A DNA stretch of 64,000 nt from Felis catus (GCF_018350175.1 NC_058368.1:8308001-8372000); one strand, 5' to 3'. Numbered from the stretch's first letter, positions 1 to 13,296 are shown. Notes: generated by a model not told the origin, from the sequence alone. Numbers and translations: made by a program.

Positions 1-1349
1 AGAAATAGAAATATTTTAGTTGAGTATGTTGTTTTCCTATAAAATGGTTGTATGCACGTTGATATTTATAAATGATAGACAATCGCTGCAAGAATATTCA
101 GGTCTGGATACCAGAAGGCCAGTTCTGGACACAGACAGGCCAGGATGAGCCATTTTAATGGTGGTGGAAACCTCTTTGGGTACTCCCATCCCCTCTCTGG
201 CCTCCCATCTTCTCGTAGTCTAGTCAGGAGAAGAGGGAAGTGGGTAGGGCAGGGCAGTTGTGGGGGTACCCTAGGCAAAAGAATTTACTGGGGGTCTGTG
301 AGGAGCACCAGCCGAAGTTGGAGTACCAGCTGGGGATGCCTGGTTGACTTGGCAATATGTCATACCTCATCTGGTCTCCTTGGTTATTCCTGGATTGGCA
401 GGGCCTAGGACTTTGCAACCCAGCCCAGTTAGATTTGCCACACATTTATTGAGTGTCTACTGTGTGCCAGGTACTTCACTAGGCCCTCTGGGGCCAAAGG
501 CTGTTCTTCTCAATCTGGAAGAACTTAACCACACTCCAGGTAATCTCCACCAGGCATGAAGTGAATGGGCAGTGATATTTTAGATACTTGACAATAAAAC
601 ATACTGTTAACCTTACTAGTGAATAGGTTTCATGACTTCGGGGCAGTTGTTGACTAGAACTGCTCATTAGTGGCCTGACATTTACGTGTCAATGGTTCAT
701 TCTGTTCCAGAGTACCGTGGACTGTAGGGGTTGAGGAGCCTCGGGAGGAAGGAAAAGAGACCAAAGCAAAACAAAGCAACAACAACACAAACAGGGTAAC
801 TTAGTCGTAAATTATATGACTTTTTTTGAAAAAGACGTGAAAGAAAAGAATTCTCCTTCTGAAGATAAATGTGGTGCTTTGTCTCAAAATTGTTATTTCT
901 TCCTGGTAACAAAATAAAGTTAGGGCCAGATGAAACTATCCTCAGGGTCATTTCCAGGAGCCCAAGAATAGATATAAAAGAGTGGAAGCATGTGGGACAA
1001 GGAGAGAGGTCTAAATTTGAGGCGTTTTTTTCACTTGTTTGGTTCCTTATTTGTCAAATACTATTTGCCTCACTGGATTACCATGAGGATACATAAAATG
1101 GTTCCGTGAACTGTAAAGTAGAACAAAAACGTAAGACGCCGTTTCCTTTATTGTTAGTACAGAATATTCCATAGACTTGGATTTTGCAATAAATGAGAAT
1201 TATACCTGTCACGTATAATTTTCGATTTGAGTGGCGATTTTCTATAGAAGACTTTCTGGGTCTAGTAATAAGATGCAAAGGTTTAAATTATTGTGTTTTT
1301 TTTTCTTTTTAAAAAATATATCTTTTACAAAATTTATCTTTTAAAAAAT

Positions 1350-1543
1350 TTTTAATGTTTACTTATTTTTGAGAGGGAGAGAGTTCAAGCAGGGGAGGGC
1401 CAGAGAGAGAGGGAGACAGAGAATCCAAAGCAGGCTCTGCACTGTCAGCACAAAGCCCCACGTGGGGCTCTAACCCATGAACCATGAGATCATGACCTGA
1501 GCCAAAGTTGGACGCTCAATAGACTCAGCCACCCAGGTGCCCC
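1350..1543 (-). mobile_element. Can-SINE (SINEC, felid type)
   Basis: Reverse-oriented tRNA-derived head (...CTCAGCCACCCAGGTGCCCC), (GA)n tract and T-rich tail. Confidence 0.93.
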
Positions 1544-3184
1544 TATTATTTTTTTCTTAAATCAGTAACAGAACCACAAAGTTTTCCATGTGGTTTGGTC
1601 GTATCATCAGCAAAATTAATACTTGTCCAAAATGTAAATTAATTTTCAGAAGCAAAAAATTACCTCTCCTCTTAGCACACAGTTAATTTCATCTTTGGGG
1701 TCAGGGGGAGATCAAGCTAAGTTTATACCCCCATCTCACAACCACTGTTTTTAAATGGTATTTTCCTAAGGACTCTATGCCTATTATTACACAAAATAAC
1801 TCAAAGCAAGAAAAAAAAATATCTTTCAGTTAGAATTTTGGATTCTCCCCAAAGTGCTGATTAATCCCAAATCATGATATTTGGAGGAAGCAGTTTCAAG
1901 TTTTCTGGATGAAAAATAGAACAAACTTGTGAGCAGGTGCCAAATATAATCCTCAGCCCAGTCTGGTTTGCTTTGCCAGACGGCACCGATGGTATTTCCG
2001 TTGTGTTTAGTTTGAAATACTAAAGACAGTTGTCAGTTGGAACTCCTCTGTCTCCAGAAAACACTGGACAGACCCCTGAAATACAGGTACAACAGGGAAG
2101 GTGAGGACAAAGGAGGTGAGTCTGGGTGGGATAAGTCACTAACACTCCTCTGATGTCCTAGGCATCCTGGGTTGTCCCCTCAGGGCAGCACCAGCTGCGT
2201 GGGACCTCCCGGGGGTGTGCTATTGTAAATCACTAGGAGGGGCTGTGATAAAAGCAGGTCAGTGGGGGGCCAGGCCTATCAGAGGCAAACTGACCAGTCA
2301 GAGAGTTTTTCCCAGTTCCTGGCATTCAGGGACTCTCCTTACTGGCTCAGACACCCAGGCCTTCTCTGGGGCAATGTCTCTGGTTCTAGAACCCCGAGAA
2401 CTGCAGCCTGTCGCTCAAAGCTTCTGCTCATGGAGCTGGAGGGACTGATCTGTGTGTGTCAGGCGGGGCGCTCCCAGGCATAAGGAGTCCAGTGCGGAGA
2501 CCAAGACCATGGCTGATAGTTTCGGGTGGACGCAGCATGTCCACTGTGCCCGGGCTGGGCAGCAGCCTGAAAACCTGGGAACAAGTCCCGGTAGGGGACG
2601 TAGAGCCAGATGCAGCTCCTGGACGGGCCCTGAGACAGAGGAGGGAGGGTGGCTTTCTCCTCAAGACTGTTCAGGCAAATTACGTGTCCAGGAGACTGAC
2701 CCCATCATTCCAGGACGTGTCTCCTCAAGGTGTGTAAAGCAGTGTCCTCAAAGGATAGTTCCCAGAGGTCCTGTCGGATGATGTTCTTGGTAAAAATGTA
2801 GACTGAGAGATGTAGAGGTGGGCTGGCGCTCAGCCTTGTGCATTTTAAACCAGGACTCCGAAAGCTTTTTATCACATAAAGATCCCCTCCCCTTGCAGAT
2901 GGACATCTTAGATGTCAGGACAGGTCGGTGGGGGGCAAATATTTTTGGACGAATCGCTTGTTCGTGTTCCTCAAATTACACGATACTAGTTGTTATTTAC
3001 CCCATCACACCTTGAGAGGAAAACATATTTTGGGGGTGGTAGCGAGTTGCATTATATTTCTCTTTCCCCTTTCTCCTCTCAGGCTCAGCGTGATTCCTGA
3101 ACATTCCTAGCATGGAGTCATATGGGTATCACCTGCTCCCCATCTCCTCTACCAGAAAATGGAAATCTCGTCCCATCAGGCACA

Positions 3185-3520
3185 TATTAGTTTTCTATGC
3201 CGTGTAACAAATTACCACAGACTCAGCAGCTTAAAGTAACACTCATTTATGACCCCGCCTTCTCCATGGGTCAGGAGTCCAAGGATGGCTTAACAGAACC
3301 TTCTGCTCCCTAAGGTTGTAATCAAGGAACCAGCCAGGCTGTGTTCTGATCCAGAGTTCAGAGTTCTATTCCAGGCTTTCATGGTTATTGGTAGAATTCA
3401 CTTGCTAGTGGTTACAGACCAGAGGGTCCTGGCTTCTTCTTTGCTTTTGGTCAGAGGCCATCTTCAGTTCCTCGAGGTACTTGCAGGTTCCCACCACATG
3501 GATTTCTCCAGAGGCAGTCC
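3185..3520. mobile_element. MaLR LTR fragment (MLT1-like)
   Basis: TATTAGTTTTCTATG..GTAACAAATTACCACAGACTCAGCAGCTTAAA is a typical MLT1 terminus. Confidence 0.7.
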
Positions 3521-3667
3521 AGAAGGTTCTACTAAGCCATGCTTGGACTCCTGACCCATGGACAGGGCGGGATAATAACATGGCTGTTTGCATCTTAGAG
3601 ACCAGGAGGCTGCCTTGATGTCTGGCCATCACTGCCTTGATGTCTCGTTGCTGCCATATTGGCTAGT

Positions 3668-4062
3668 CTATTAGTTTACTAGGGCTGCCCTAACAAAGTA
3701 TCATGGACTGGGTGGTTTAAACAGCAAAGATTAATTTCCTCCCCGTTCTGGATTGTGAAGTCCAAGATCAAGGTGTCAGCAGGCTTGATTTCTTCTGAAG
3801 CCTCTTTTCTTGGCTCGTAGATGGCCATTTTCTTGGGGTGTGTCCACAACCTCTTTTCTCTTTCTGTGTCTGGGTCCAAATTTCTCCTTCTTCTAAGGAC
3901 ACCAGTCATATTGGATCAGGGCCCACCCACATGACTTCCTTTAACCCTAATTAACTCTTTAAAGGCCCTATCTGCAAATAGAGTCACATTCGGAGGTTCT
4001 AGGGCTTAGGATTTCAACATATAAATTTGGGTGGGTGGGAAGACACAATTCAGCCCAGAACA
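3668..4062. mobile_element. MaLR solo LTR (MLT1B/C/D-like)
   Basis: TATTAGTTTACTAGGGCTGCC...GAAGTCCAAGATCAAGG...AAGGACACCAGTCATATTGGA...AATTCAGCCCAGAACA; both ends recognisable. Confidence 0.85.
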
Positions 4063-5429
4063 TAGTGGGATGTGGGATACACCAAAAAAGAAAAAAAAAA
4101 TGTGATAAATGCTAGAGCAGGGGAAACACAGATGCTGTGGGGAAATTCCTGGGACAGTGATCAGGCCGGGGCTCGACAGTCAGGGGAAGTCTTCCTGGAA
4201 ATGCCGAAATCTAGGCTTAGACAGGAAGCATCCAAAGGACAAAGAGGGAAGGGGTATGAGTGTCCAAGCAGAAGGAGTCACATTGTGTTGGTTAGGAACG
4301 ATTTTGGTTTCAAGGAAGAGGTACTGATTAAGGCTGGCTCGAAGCAGTAGGCGTTTATTTTCTGTCACATCACAAGGAGTGGGAGTAGGCAGCTGCTGAC
4401 ATTGGTTCTGCAGCTTGATGATCTGTAGGTGTCTCTGCTATTCTCTTGGCCTTTTCTTACGGTCACAAGATCGCTGTTGCCACATTAGCATCATTTCTGT
4501 GTCAAAGACACAACAGGTGAGGGAATGTTGTTAGCAACGTCTATCCTCTCAATCAGGAAAACAAAAGCTTTCCTAGAAGCTCCCAGAAGACTACGGCCCA
4601 TCTTCCGTGAGTCAGACAAGGTCACAAATGACCGCCCCTGGCTGCAAAGAAGGCTGGGAATGGCAGTGTTTTCTACCCTGGCCTCTGTGTGGAAGTGGAA
4701 GAGAGGTGGAGGCTGAGAGGGGATGTGTCCGCCAGTCAGTGTGGCCATAAGCACACAAAGCCTGGGGGTGGGGGAACGTGGCTTGTTCAGAGAACTCACG
4801 GTGGTTGGTAGACTTGGAGGATGAAGTGCTGCGGGGATATGGCAAGAGGTGAAGCTGGAGAAGGTGGGGAGTCATGAAGGACAGATTAATAAGTTCGGAT
4901 TTTACCTTGGAGACAGTGGAGGATGTCTCAGTTATCTATTGTTGTGTAACCAACCACCCTCAATTTAGTGACTTAAAATAATGACCGTTTTGTTATGGAC
5001 ACAGATTCTCTGAGTCAGGAGTTCTGGCAGGCACAGCGGCTGAAAGCTCCTTCTGCTCGTAACTGGTACCACTAACTGACACAGGCACACAGGAGCAGGG
5101 TAAATTTGGGGGAAGACAACAGGCTCACTCTTGGATGTTTGCACTTGGGGTTTCTGCGAAACATCCAAGATCCAAGCAGAGTTTTCTAGTAGTTGGTTGT
5201 ATGGGTTCCGTTTTCAGGAAAAATTTCTGGGCTAAAGATGTTGATTTAAAAATCATCAAGGTGCAGTTGGTAATTGAGATCTTGGGGGAAATGTGAAATA
5301 CCAGGGAGAATGTGTGGAGTGGAAAAGAAAAAAAAACACCGCTCAACTGAATTCTGGGGAGAATCAAAATTTCAGGTTCAGGCAAAGGAGCCTTCAAACA
5401 AGGCTAAGGAATGGCCACGGAGGTAGAAG

Positions 5430-5765
5430 GGCGCTGAGATTACTCTGGACTATCTACTTGAACCCCAAATGCCATTGCAAGGGTCCTTAGAAAGGAGGCA
5501 GGAGGAGATTGGAGAATGCAGAGAAAATGGTGTGAAGATGGGGGCACAGAGGTGAGTGATGTGGCCACAAGCCATGGAATTCCTGGAGCCACCAGAAGCT
5601 GTAAGAGGCCAGGAATAGATTCTCCTCTAGAGCCCAGAGGGAGCGTGGCCCTGTTGACAACTTGATGTCAGATTTCTGGCTTCCAGACTAAGAGAGAATC
5701 AATTTCTGTTGTTTTAAGTCACCTAGTTTGTGGTGATTTGGTACATCGGTTCTAGGAGACTACCT
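5430..5765. mobile_element. MaLR LTR fragment (MLT1-like), opposite orientation to 3668-4062
   Basis: GCCACCAGAAGCTG...GATTCTCCTCTAGAGC...AATTTCTGTTGTTTTAAG...AGTTTGTGGTGATTTG. Confidence 0.8.
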
Positions 5766-5929
5766 CAGAGAGAAATCAGGAAAGCAAGATATCATGGAAG
5801 CCAAGGGAGAAAGGATTTCAAGAGGATGAGTGGTCAACATTTAACAAATAGTTATTACGTACATCCTATGTAGGAAGTCCTATCCAAGATGCTGGAGATG
5901 CTGTCCTCAGGGAGCTTACATTCTAGCGT

Positions 5930-6038
5930 TTCCCGTTGGGATGAACACTGGGTGTTGTATGGAAACCAACTTGACGATAAATTATATTTAATATAAAAAA
6001 ATAAAAATAAAATGTATTTATCAGCAAAAAAAAAAAAA
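5930..6038 (+). mobile_element. Short L1 3' tail (felid type)
   Basis: GTTGGGATGAACACTGGGTGTTGTATGGAAACCAA followed by an A-rich tail. Confidence 0.8.
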
Positions 6039-6482
6039 GTTTCCTAACAGTGAACCAGCAGTTGTTCGTTGTGGCAAAGGTGTCAATTAGAAAAGCTGAA
6101 AAGAGTTGTGGTGGGCATTTGCTTTCTATTTTTTTCCACCCGTTATTCTTTCACCTTTCCTTTGATTATAACACCTGCATTTCCTTTTAGGAAACTTCCT
6201 TCCCCATCGTGTGCACTCTCAGTAGTCTCCTGGGACTTCAGATTTTAAGCATAGGTACAAGAATGGGAGACAGAACCAAAGTTCATTCGCTCCCAAAGCG
6301 GGGCCCTGACCAGGCTGTTGAATAGTTGTTACTACCCACCCCCTAGGGCTGCCCCGGTTTCTGCATTTCTTCTGACCCTGGTTATCTAGGTACCTGATGA
6401 TTCCCTGCTCTATTTCTTCCTCAATGAATCCTTGTCTACCTAAGGCAATTAGCTTTCTCTTACCTGAAAAGAAAGACCTGTA

Positions 6483-6607
6483 GGGAGCCTGGGTGGCTCA
6501 GTGGGTTAAGCGTCCAACTCTTGATTTCGGCTCAGGCCGTGATCTCATGGTTCATGAGTTCAGTCCCCTCATCGGGCTCTGTGCTGACAGTGTGGAGCCT
6601 GTTTGGG

Positions 6608-6653
<46 letters not shown>

Positions 6654-6702
6654 CCCTCCCCTGCTCATGCTCTCTCTGTCTCAAAATAAATAAATAAACT
6701 TA
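6483..6702 (+). mobile_element. Can-SINE
   Basis: GGGAGCCTGGGTGGCTCAG head, (CT)n, AATAAA tail. Confidence 0.93.
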
Positions 6703-6719
6703 AGAAAGACTTGCAATTA

Positions 6720-7800
6720 ACATAGGCATCTGGTGGCCTTCAGCCAGATTATGATTTATTGAAGAGTATAATATATAGGAAGAAAAGGAGTGCAGACAAA
6801 GAGAAAGATGGTATAATGGCTGGAGGAGGGTGTAGCTTAGGAGAGGTTTCCTTTCTCTTTATTTTCAGATATTGGGGGGATCTATGTGTTGGTGGAGGCA
6901 GAGGCTGAAGATATAGGACAGAGAGTGGGTAACTGATGGAAACATATCTGTGAAGAAAGAGATGGGATCTTAAACATCAGAAGATCTCTACTGTAACTGA
7001 GGGAAGGAGGTGGATATGATTGGAGCTAAGTCTGTGAGAGTGGTGCAGAAAGTTTACGAGATTCCTTTCTACTATCTTTTATTTTCTCTGAAAAGTGAGA
7101 GGCCAGGTCATCACCCAAGAGTGAAGAGGACAGCGATGGGGTTAGTGGTTTGAGGAAAGAGGAGGGGGCTTGAAGTAACCAGTGTGGAGGGCGGGAAGGA
7201 GAATCAATTAAAGCAACCTGGCAGAGTTGGCTAGAAAGATTGTGAGTCCCGTTTGGGTCAGACACCATGAGTTTATCTAATACAGTCTGTGAGGTGGTGT
7301 GGATTTCTTCCTCAGCACTTAAGAGCATCAAGAAGGCCAATAGTTGGAGTAATCCAGGGTTTAGGTTTTATCAGGCGGGTATGATGGAAAGACAATGAGG
7401 TGAGCTTGTTGAGAATGCCAAGAGAAGTTGGACAGGGTGAAACATTGGGTAGAAGCTAGGGAGGGAAGGGAGTGCTGACAGGATGGGTAGTGAGGGGTGA
7501 GGGAGAAGGGTGAAGAGACTAGAGGGCTGGACAAAGGGAAAGAACTGATGCAGAGGAAGTAAGTGGATGATCCGGCTGGGAGAAGGAGGGTGGTGTGGAG
7601 CTAGGATTCCAGGGGACAAGTAGATCCAGGTCATGGCTGAGGGAGGGAATGGAAGGGCCACTGTGGAGAAGGTTGCTGCTGAGAGGAGGCCAGTGATAGA
7701 AAACTTAGGTTTTTGAGGTCATTCTCAAAAATGTTTCATTTCCTTAGCCCAGAAATAGAAAGGAAGACTGAGCCAGATTGTGGAGCCTTCAGTAAATGAT
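6720..7800. mobile_element. Degraded LINE2 (L2)
   Basis: Purine-rich, L2-like phrases (TATTTTCTCTGAAAAGTGAGAGGCCAGGTCATC...); very diverged. Confidence 0.55.
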
Positions 7801-8379
7801 GAAGCAAGACAGGAAGTTTGGAAGATAACAGCAATGTGGAAAGGAAGTGTGCAGCAGATAGAAATTTGTTTCATGATGTTCAGGAACACGAAACATGGCT
7901 TTTATGTTGGATGACAAATCAAATCCGGCTCTAAGACCCTACTTCCTGGTTGGTGGCACAGTTGATGTTGGTGATTACTGGGACTCCTAGTGCCCTCCTG
8001 TACTGAATCCTTTAACAGAATCCCAGGGTTTACCTGGTCATAGGGTGGTGGCTGCCATTGTATCACACATTGTGCTTCCATTGTGCAATGTGGTTGTCCA
8101 GCCCAGCCGTGCTCCCCAGGTGGGCTGCAATGGTGCCCGTGGTGCCCAATGGGCGTCTCCATTGACGGCTGCTCAACCACAGCGTACCTTCCCTGGTGCG
8201 GCTGAGCCTTGTGGATTTAGACTCCAGCCTCTAGAGATATCCATTCACCCTGATGCGGGTCCAGCCATATCTAGGACGTGTGGAAACAGGTCTCAGGCTT
8301 CCAGCATGCCTGGAATTCATCACAGGTGGTTCACAAGTTATTGAGCACTCCAAAGAGCTTTTGTTTGGGGGGGGGGGTT

Positions 8380-8770
8380 ATGGCTGTCAATATTTACCAG
8401 AAATTAAAACTGAGAAATGTTCAAAATCTTTATTAAGTCATCAAAAAGTATTATTAAGCCCAGTATACGTTGAACTAAGTAACGTTCTTTAGGTAGAATT
8501 AATTTTTCCAAACGAAAAAATGAATGAGAATTTTTTTTTTTACATTTTTTGTAAGTCACTTTCATATCTGGATTCTCACATCTGCTTCTGCATTCGATCT
8601 GCTGTGATATCACACACGGGGTGGCCTCTGGACAATTCCATGTACATTGGGGAGAGCAGGAAAGTAAAAAAGGCAAAGAATCTTGTATTATTGTGAAAGT
8701 AGTTTTGATCTCCTGGAACCACTAAAGGGGTCTTGGGGAACTTCAGGGGACGGCAATTTGAGACCCTCTC
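8380..8770. mobile_element. Old hAT-type DNA transposon fragment
   Basis: TCTGCTTCTGCATTCGATCTG...AGTAGTTTTGATCTC...AAAGGGGTCTTGGGG resembles hAT-Charlie-class ends; subfamily not assigned. Confidence 0.5.
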
Positions 8771-9289
8771 TTTAGAGGATCCAGCTCTTCCTGGGGCTGG
8801 AGGGGTCATACTCCCTCTTCCTCAAAACTTAGGTTCTTACAAAGACCTGTTCCTGCTTTTTAAGAATAAAGTCAAGTTTCCGAGACTCAAAGGCATGATT
8901 ACTCTCTGAGAACAGGGTGAAAAAAAACACTGCTTGTTCTTTTTTAGTGAGACATCCGCAGAAACCATGGCAGTGAGTTTCTCAGCCAGATCAATCTGCT
9001 ACAGAGGGACGGCAGGTGTTATTGGTGAGGGTGGAGGGGGAATGATTTGGAAGCAACTGGGAGAGAGGGAACCAGGTGGTGAATGGGGAGCAGCCCCTTG
9101 GGAGGGCTCAGGACACATCTGGGTCCCCACTGAAGCTGGGCACTTTGAATCCTGTTAGACCCCACTCTGGTTTTCTCCTTGCCTGATCTTTTCCAGAAAT
9201 TTCTCCGTCATGCCCATAATGTGGGCTGGTACATGGACTCACCAGCCTCTCTCCTTAATCTCTTTCTCCGAACTAATATCTCTTGCTCT

Positions 9290-9470
9290 CCAGTTGAAAT
9301 CTTGCTAGCTGTGTGGCCTTGGGCACCACTCCAAACCTCCTTTCCCCACTCGTAAAATGGGAGATGGTAGGGGCAGGAGATGGTGCAATCACGCAAGAAA
9401 ATGCATGCCAATTACCCAGCACGGTCCGAGTCTGGTACACAACAGACTCACTTCACATTAGCCATTATCA
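9290..9470. mobile_element. MIR
   Basis: CTAGCTGTGTGGCCTTGGGCA...GTAAAATGGGAGATGG core-like sequence. Confidence 0.6.
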
Positions 9471-10112
9471 GTGAGCATCTCTGGGAAAGGCCTCCGCGAG
9501 GGAGAAGAGCCAAATGACACTCGTTCTCTAATATAGGGCTTGTACCCTGTGTCGTCTCTATAGTTTTTTAAAGGCATCCACCGCACTACCCATTCACATT
9601 TTGTTTAGTATCACATCCGGGGGTGGGAAGTCCGCGAGCAGCTTCTCACTGTGCCTGTGTCTTCAGTATCCATCTGATTCTCGTCGTCTGCAAACACCGG
9701 CCACACCAATCCTATGAGCCCATCTCTTTCCTTTCTTACTGTTTCTCCTCATTCGTCTTAAACCAAGACCGGCTGTAGGGCCCACCGTGTAATTCAGCGT
9801 GGGTCACGAAGCAAGTTCAGACACGCGAAGCCATTTCTATATGGATCATTTCTGCTGAGCCACTTTCTCCCTGGCTGGTCCGGCTGGGAGCCCGGGGTGC
9901 TTCTGGCCACAACAGCTGCAGCCTGCCTCAGGGCTCAGCTCCCCCACAGCAGAGAGAGAGCTGAATCATCCACTCGCCGGGTCACAAGGTCCGCTCCACA
10001 CTTTGCCCTGCTGCTCGATGCTGAGGCTAATTTGGCAGAAAACGGGACTTGCATTTAGTCAGTGAGGACCGGGCCTTAAATACTCTTTTTTCCATCCTTT
10101 CTTTTTTTAAAT

Positions 10113-10167
10113 GTTTGTTTGTTTGTTTGTTTATTGAGAGAGAGAGCATGCACGCAAGCCAGGGAGG

Positions 10168-10207
<40 letters not shown>

Positions 10208-10254
10208 CCCAAGCAGGCTCCACCTGTCAGCTCAGAGCCTGATGCGGAGCTCCC
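10113..10254 (-). mobile_element. 5'-truncated Can-SINE
   Basis: Tail and (GA)n present, head missing; flanked by direct repeat CTTTTTTTAAAT (10101-10112, 10255-10266). Confidence 0.85.
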
Positions 10255-11001
10255 CTTTTTTTAAATAAAGAAATAGACTAAAAAAAAAGACACTGTTTTT
10301 TCAGTTTATCATCCCAAGATACTTGGTTTCGACAAACGGATTAGTTAGGGAATTGTGTACCAGTCAGGCATCCAGGATCTATTTGTTGAGAGCTTCTCAT
10401 GTTACGGACAGAATTCTCGGTTCTGGAGATCCGGCAATGAACGGGACAGACCAAAAAAACCCTTCTCTGAGAGAAGACAATGAGGGCAGAAAACATATAA
10501 GGAAACAAAACAGCCAATAGCCCGGAGGCCAGGTAGAGATTTTGGTTAATCACAACAGAAACTCTGTTGTAACCAAAAGAAGGATTTTACCGGGAAGACA
10601 TAGGGGTCCTCGTAGAATAGGAAAGGCAGAAGAACCAAGGTTGGGGACCTCCCAAACCAGAGGCACCTGGAGAATGTAGGAAACGAGAAGTGTCTTTTCA
10701 GCATCCCATTCTGTCACAATCAGCTCCTGCTGGTGTCTCCTTCTGGGTCAAAATGCCAGAGAGGTGGCCAGCCGGTCCAGCCTGAGTCACATGCCCGGCC
10801 TCTTGGCCAGTGGAGGGCTGGCTGTCTGGATTGACAGTCCGCAGGGTTCTCTCCAACGGAGAGAGTGGTTAGCTCCCCAAGGGAAAACCGGGGTGCTGTT
10901 GTAGAAGGAGGAGAGTTGAGCACTGAGCAGACGAAAAGAGCAGAGGTCTCTGATTGTAAAGGCGAGGCCTAGGGCCTTCAGTTACACAGGCATTCAAAAA
11001 A

Positions 11002-11137
11002 TGGATGTATTTTTGGTTTGCACTAACTAAATCCACCTAGGTCTCAAGAGGGCGCCAAACCCACAGTCTTGGATGTATGTTTGGTTTGCATTAACTGGAT
11101 CCACCTAGATCTCAAGGGGGCGCCAACCCCACAGTCC
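11002..11137. repeat. 68-bp tandem duplication (2 copies)
   Basis: TGGATGTAT..TTGGTTTGCA..CCACCTAG..TCTCAAG..GGCGCCAA..CCACAGTC at 11002 and 11070. Confidence 0.9.
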
Positions 11138-11387
11138 CTACGGTGGTGAAAATGGGACAGAGGATTTAGGATTTTGAGAAGGATACTGACAGTTACAAAT
11201 TTATCAAGGACAGTCGGGATGGCAGAGGCTCTGGAAAGCCTGATCCGTCATGGATAACTAAAGAAGCTGCTGTAAATAGTCTGGAGCCCCTAAGAGATGC
11301 TGGTTGTCTCACTCTTGTGTTCCAAATGAGGTAAATAGCTAGTTTCACTTCCTTTTAAATGATACTTTCTTATAAAATCTTCGTCTT

Positions 11388-11656
11388 TTGGGAGTGCAAA
11401 CTGGTGCAGCCACTCTGGAAAACAGTATGGAGGCTTCTTAGCAACTTAAAAATAGAACTACTCTATGACCCAACAATTGCACTGCTAGGTATTTACCCAA
11501 AGGATCCAAAAAGAACAGATTCGAAGGGATACATGGCACCCCAATGTTTATAGCATTATCAACAATAGTCAAACTATGGAAAGAGCCCAAATGTCCATCG
11601 ACTGACGAATGGATAAAGAAGATGTGATATGTATATATTTTTTATACCATTTATTT

Positions 11657-11704
<48 letters not shown>

Positions 11705-12120
11705 ACACAAGGCAATATTACTCAGCCATAAAAAAGAATGAAATCTTGCCATTTGCAACGATGTGGATGGAGCTAGAAATATAATGTTAAGTAGGTCGGT
11801 CAGAGAAAGACAAATGCCATATGATCTCACGCACATGGGGAGTTTAAGAAACAAAACAGATTAATATAGGGGAAGGAAGAAAAAAGAGGAAAGGCAGGCA
11901 AGCTGTAAGAGAGACTCTTAACTCTAAAGAACAAACTGAGGGGATGGGTTAAGTGGGTGATGGATATAAAAGAGGGCACTTGTTCTGATGAACACTGGCT
12001 ATTATATGTAAATGATGAATCACTGAATGCTACACCTGAAACTAACATTACACTATGCTAACTAATTAGCATATAAATAAAAACTTGAAACCTAAAAAAA
12101 AAAAGAAAAAAAAACAGAGC
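11388..12120 (+). mobile_element. 5'-truncated carnivore L1 (ORF2 end, 3'UTR, A tail)
   Basis: [18 protein letters not shown]2 C-terminal motif; internal (CA)n; imperfect TSD AAAATCTT(C/A)GTCT. Confidence 0.92.
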
Positions 12121-12211
12121 AAAAAATCTTAGTCTATCAAAGGAAAACTTTAAAATAGGTACAATCTTCCATTTCTGCATTTTTGCTTATCCTTCTTTAA
12201 AACGAATTTGA

Positions 12212-12458
12212 GGGGCGCCTGGGTGGCTCAGTCAGTTAGGCGGCCGACTTCGGCCCAGGTCATGATCTCGCGGTCCGTGAGTTTGAGCCCCAAGTCGGAC
12301 TCTGTGCTGACAGCTCAGAGCCTGGAGCCTGTTTCAGATTCTGTGTCTCCCTCTCTCTGACCCTCCCCCGTTCATGCTTTGTCTCTCTCTGTCTCAAAAA
12401 TAAATAAACGCTAAAAAAAAAAAAGAAATTAAAAAAATAAATAAAATAAATAAATAAA
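12212..12458 (+). mobile_element. Can-SINE (first of tandem pair)
   Basis: GGGGCGCCTGGGTGGCTCAG head; TSD TAAAACGAATTTGA. Confidence 0.95.
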
Positions 12459-12472
12459 TAAAACGAATTTGA

Positions 12473-12690
12473 GGGGCGCCTGGGTGGCTCAGTCAGTTTA
12501 GCATCCTACTTCAGCTCAGGTCATGATCTCACGGTTCGTGAGTTTGAGCCCCACATCGGGCTCTACCCTGGAGCCTGCTTCAAGTTCTGTGTCTCCCTCT
12601 CTCTCTGCCCCTCCTCTGCTTGCCCTGTCTCTCTCTCCCCCTCAAAAATGAATAAACATTAAAAAAAAATTAAAATACCTTTAAAAAAAA
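12473..12690 (+). mobile_element. Can-SINE (second of tandem pair)
   Basis: GGGGCGCCTGGGTGGCTCAG head; TSD TAAAA(C/T)GAATTTGA. Confidence 0.95.
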
Positions 12691-12946
12691 TAAAATGAAT
12701 TTGAACCAGATCACCTTTGAGGTCTCCTCCACTTTTAAAATTCTACATTCTACAAATCTCATCATCTTTACCAATATGTTATGAGACAGCTACATTGTAA
12801 ATAATATTAATATGGTACTGTAACTTGTCCAAGTTTATTCTATACTATTTTTGTTTATTCCAAGAGTGTTAAATTAATCCTCATCATCTTCCTTTAAGTA
12901 TAGAAAACTAGTTGAAATTTCTTCTATTTTAAAAAGATTAGGAAAT

Positions 12947-13172
12947 GGGGTGCCTGTGTGGCTCAGTCGGTTCGGCATCCAACTCTTGATTTTGGCTCAG
13001 GTCATGATCTCATGGTTTGTGACATTGAGCCCCACGTCGGGTTCTGAAATGACAGTGTGGAGGCTGCTTAGAATTCTCTCTCTCTCTCTGCCCTTCCTAT
13101 GCTCTCTTTCTCTCTCTCTCTCTCTCTCTCAAAATAAATGAATAGACCTTTAAAAAAATAAAAAATAAATAA
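12947..13172 (+). mobile_element. Can-SINE
   Basis: Head, (CT)n, A tail; TSD ATTAGGAAA. Confidence 0.93.
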
Positions 13173-13296
13173 ATATTAGGAAACAAGAAACACAGTGGTT
13201 CATAGATAAGGGTACGGTACATTTCATTTTCTCTAGTTAGACTAAAGGGCACTATTCTCACCCTTTTTACAATAACCACACATCAAACACTATTAG

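Noticed and set aside
2215..2781. Cluster of 70-110 aa ORFs in moderately GC-rich unique DNA
   Set aside because: No recognisable protein and no convincing splice-site pair
6483..6570. tRNA-like A/B boxes here and in other SINE heads
   Set aside because: These are tRNA-derived Can-SINE heads, not tRNA genes
7902..8344. Possible processed pseudogene fragment
   Set aside because: No recognisable protein, poly(A) or TSD
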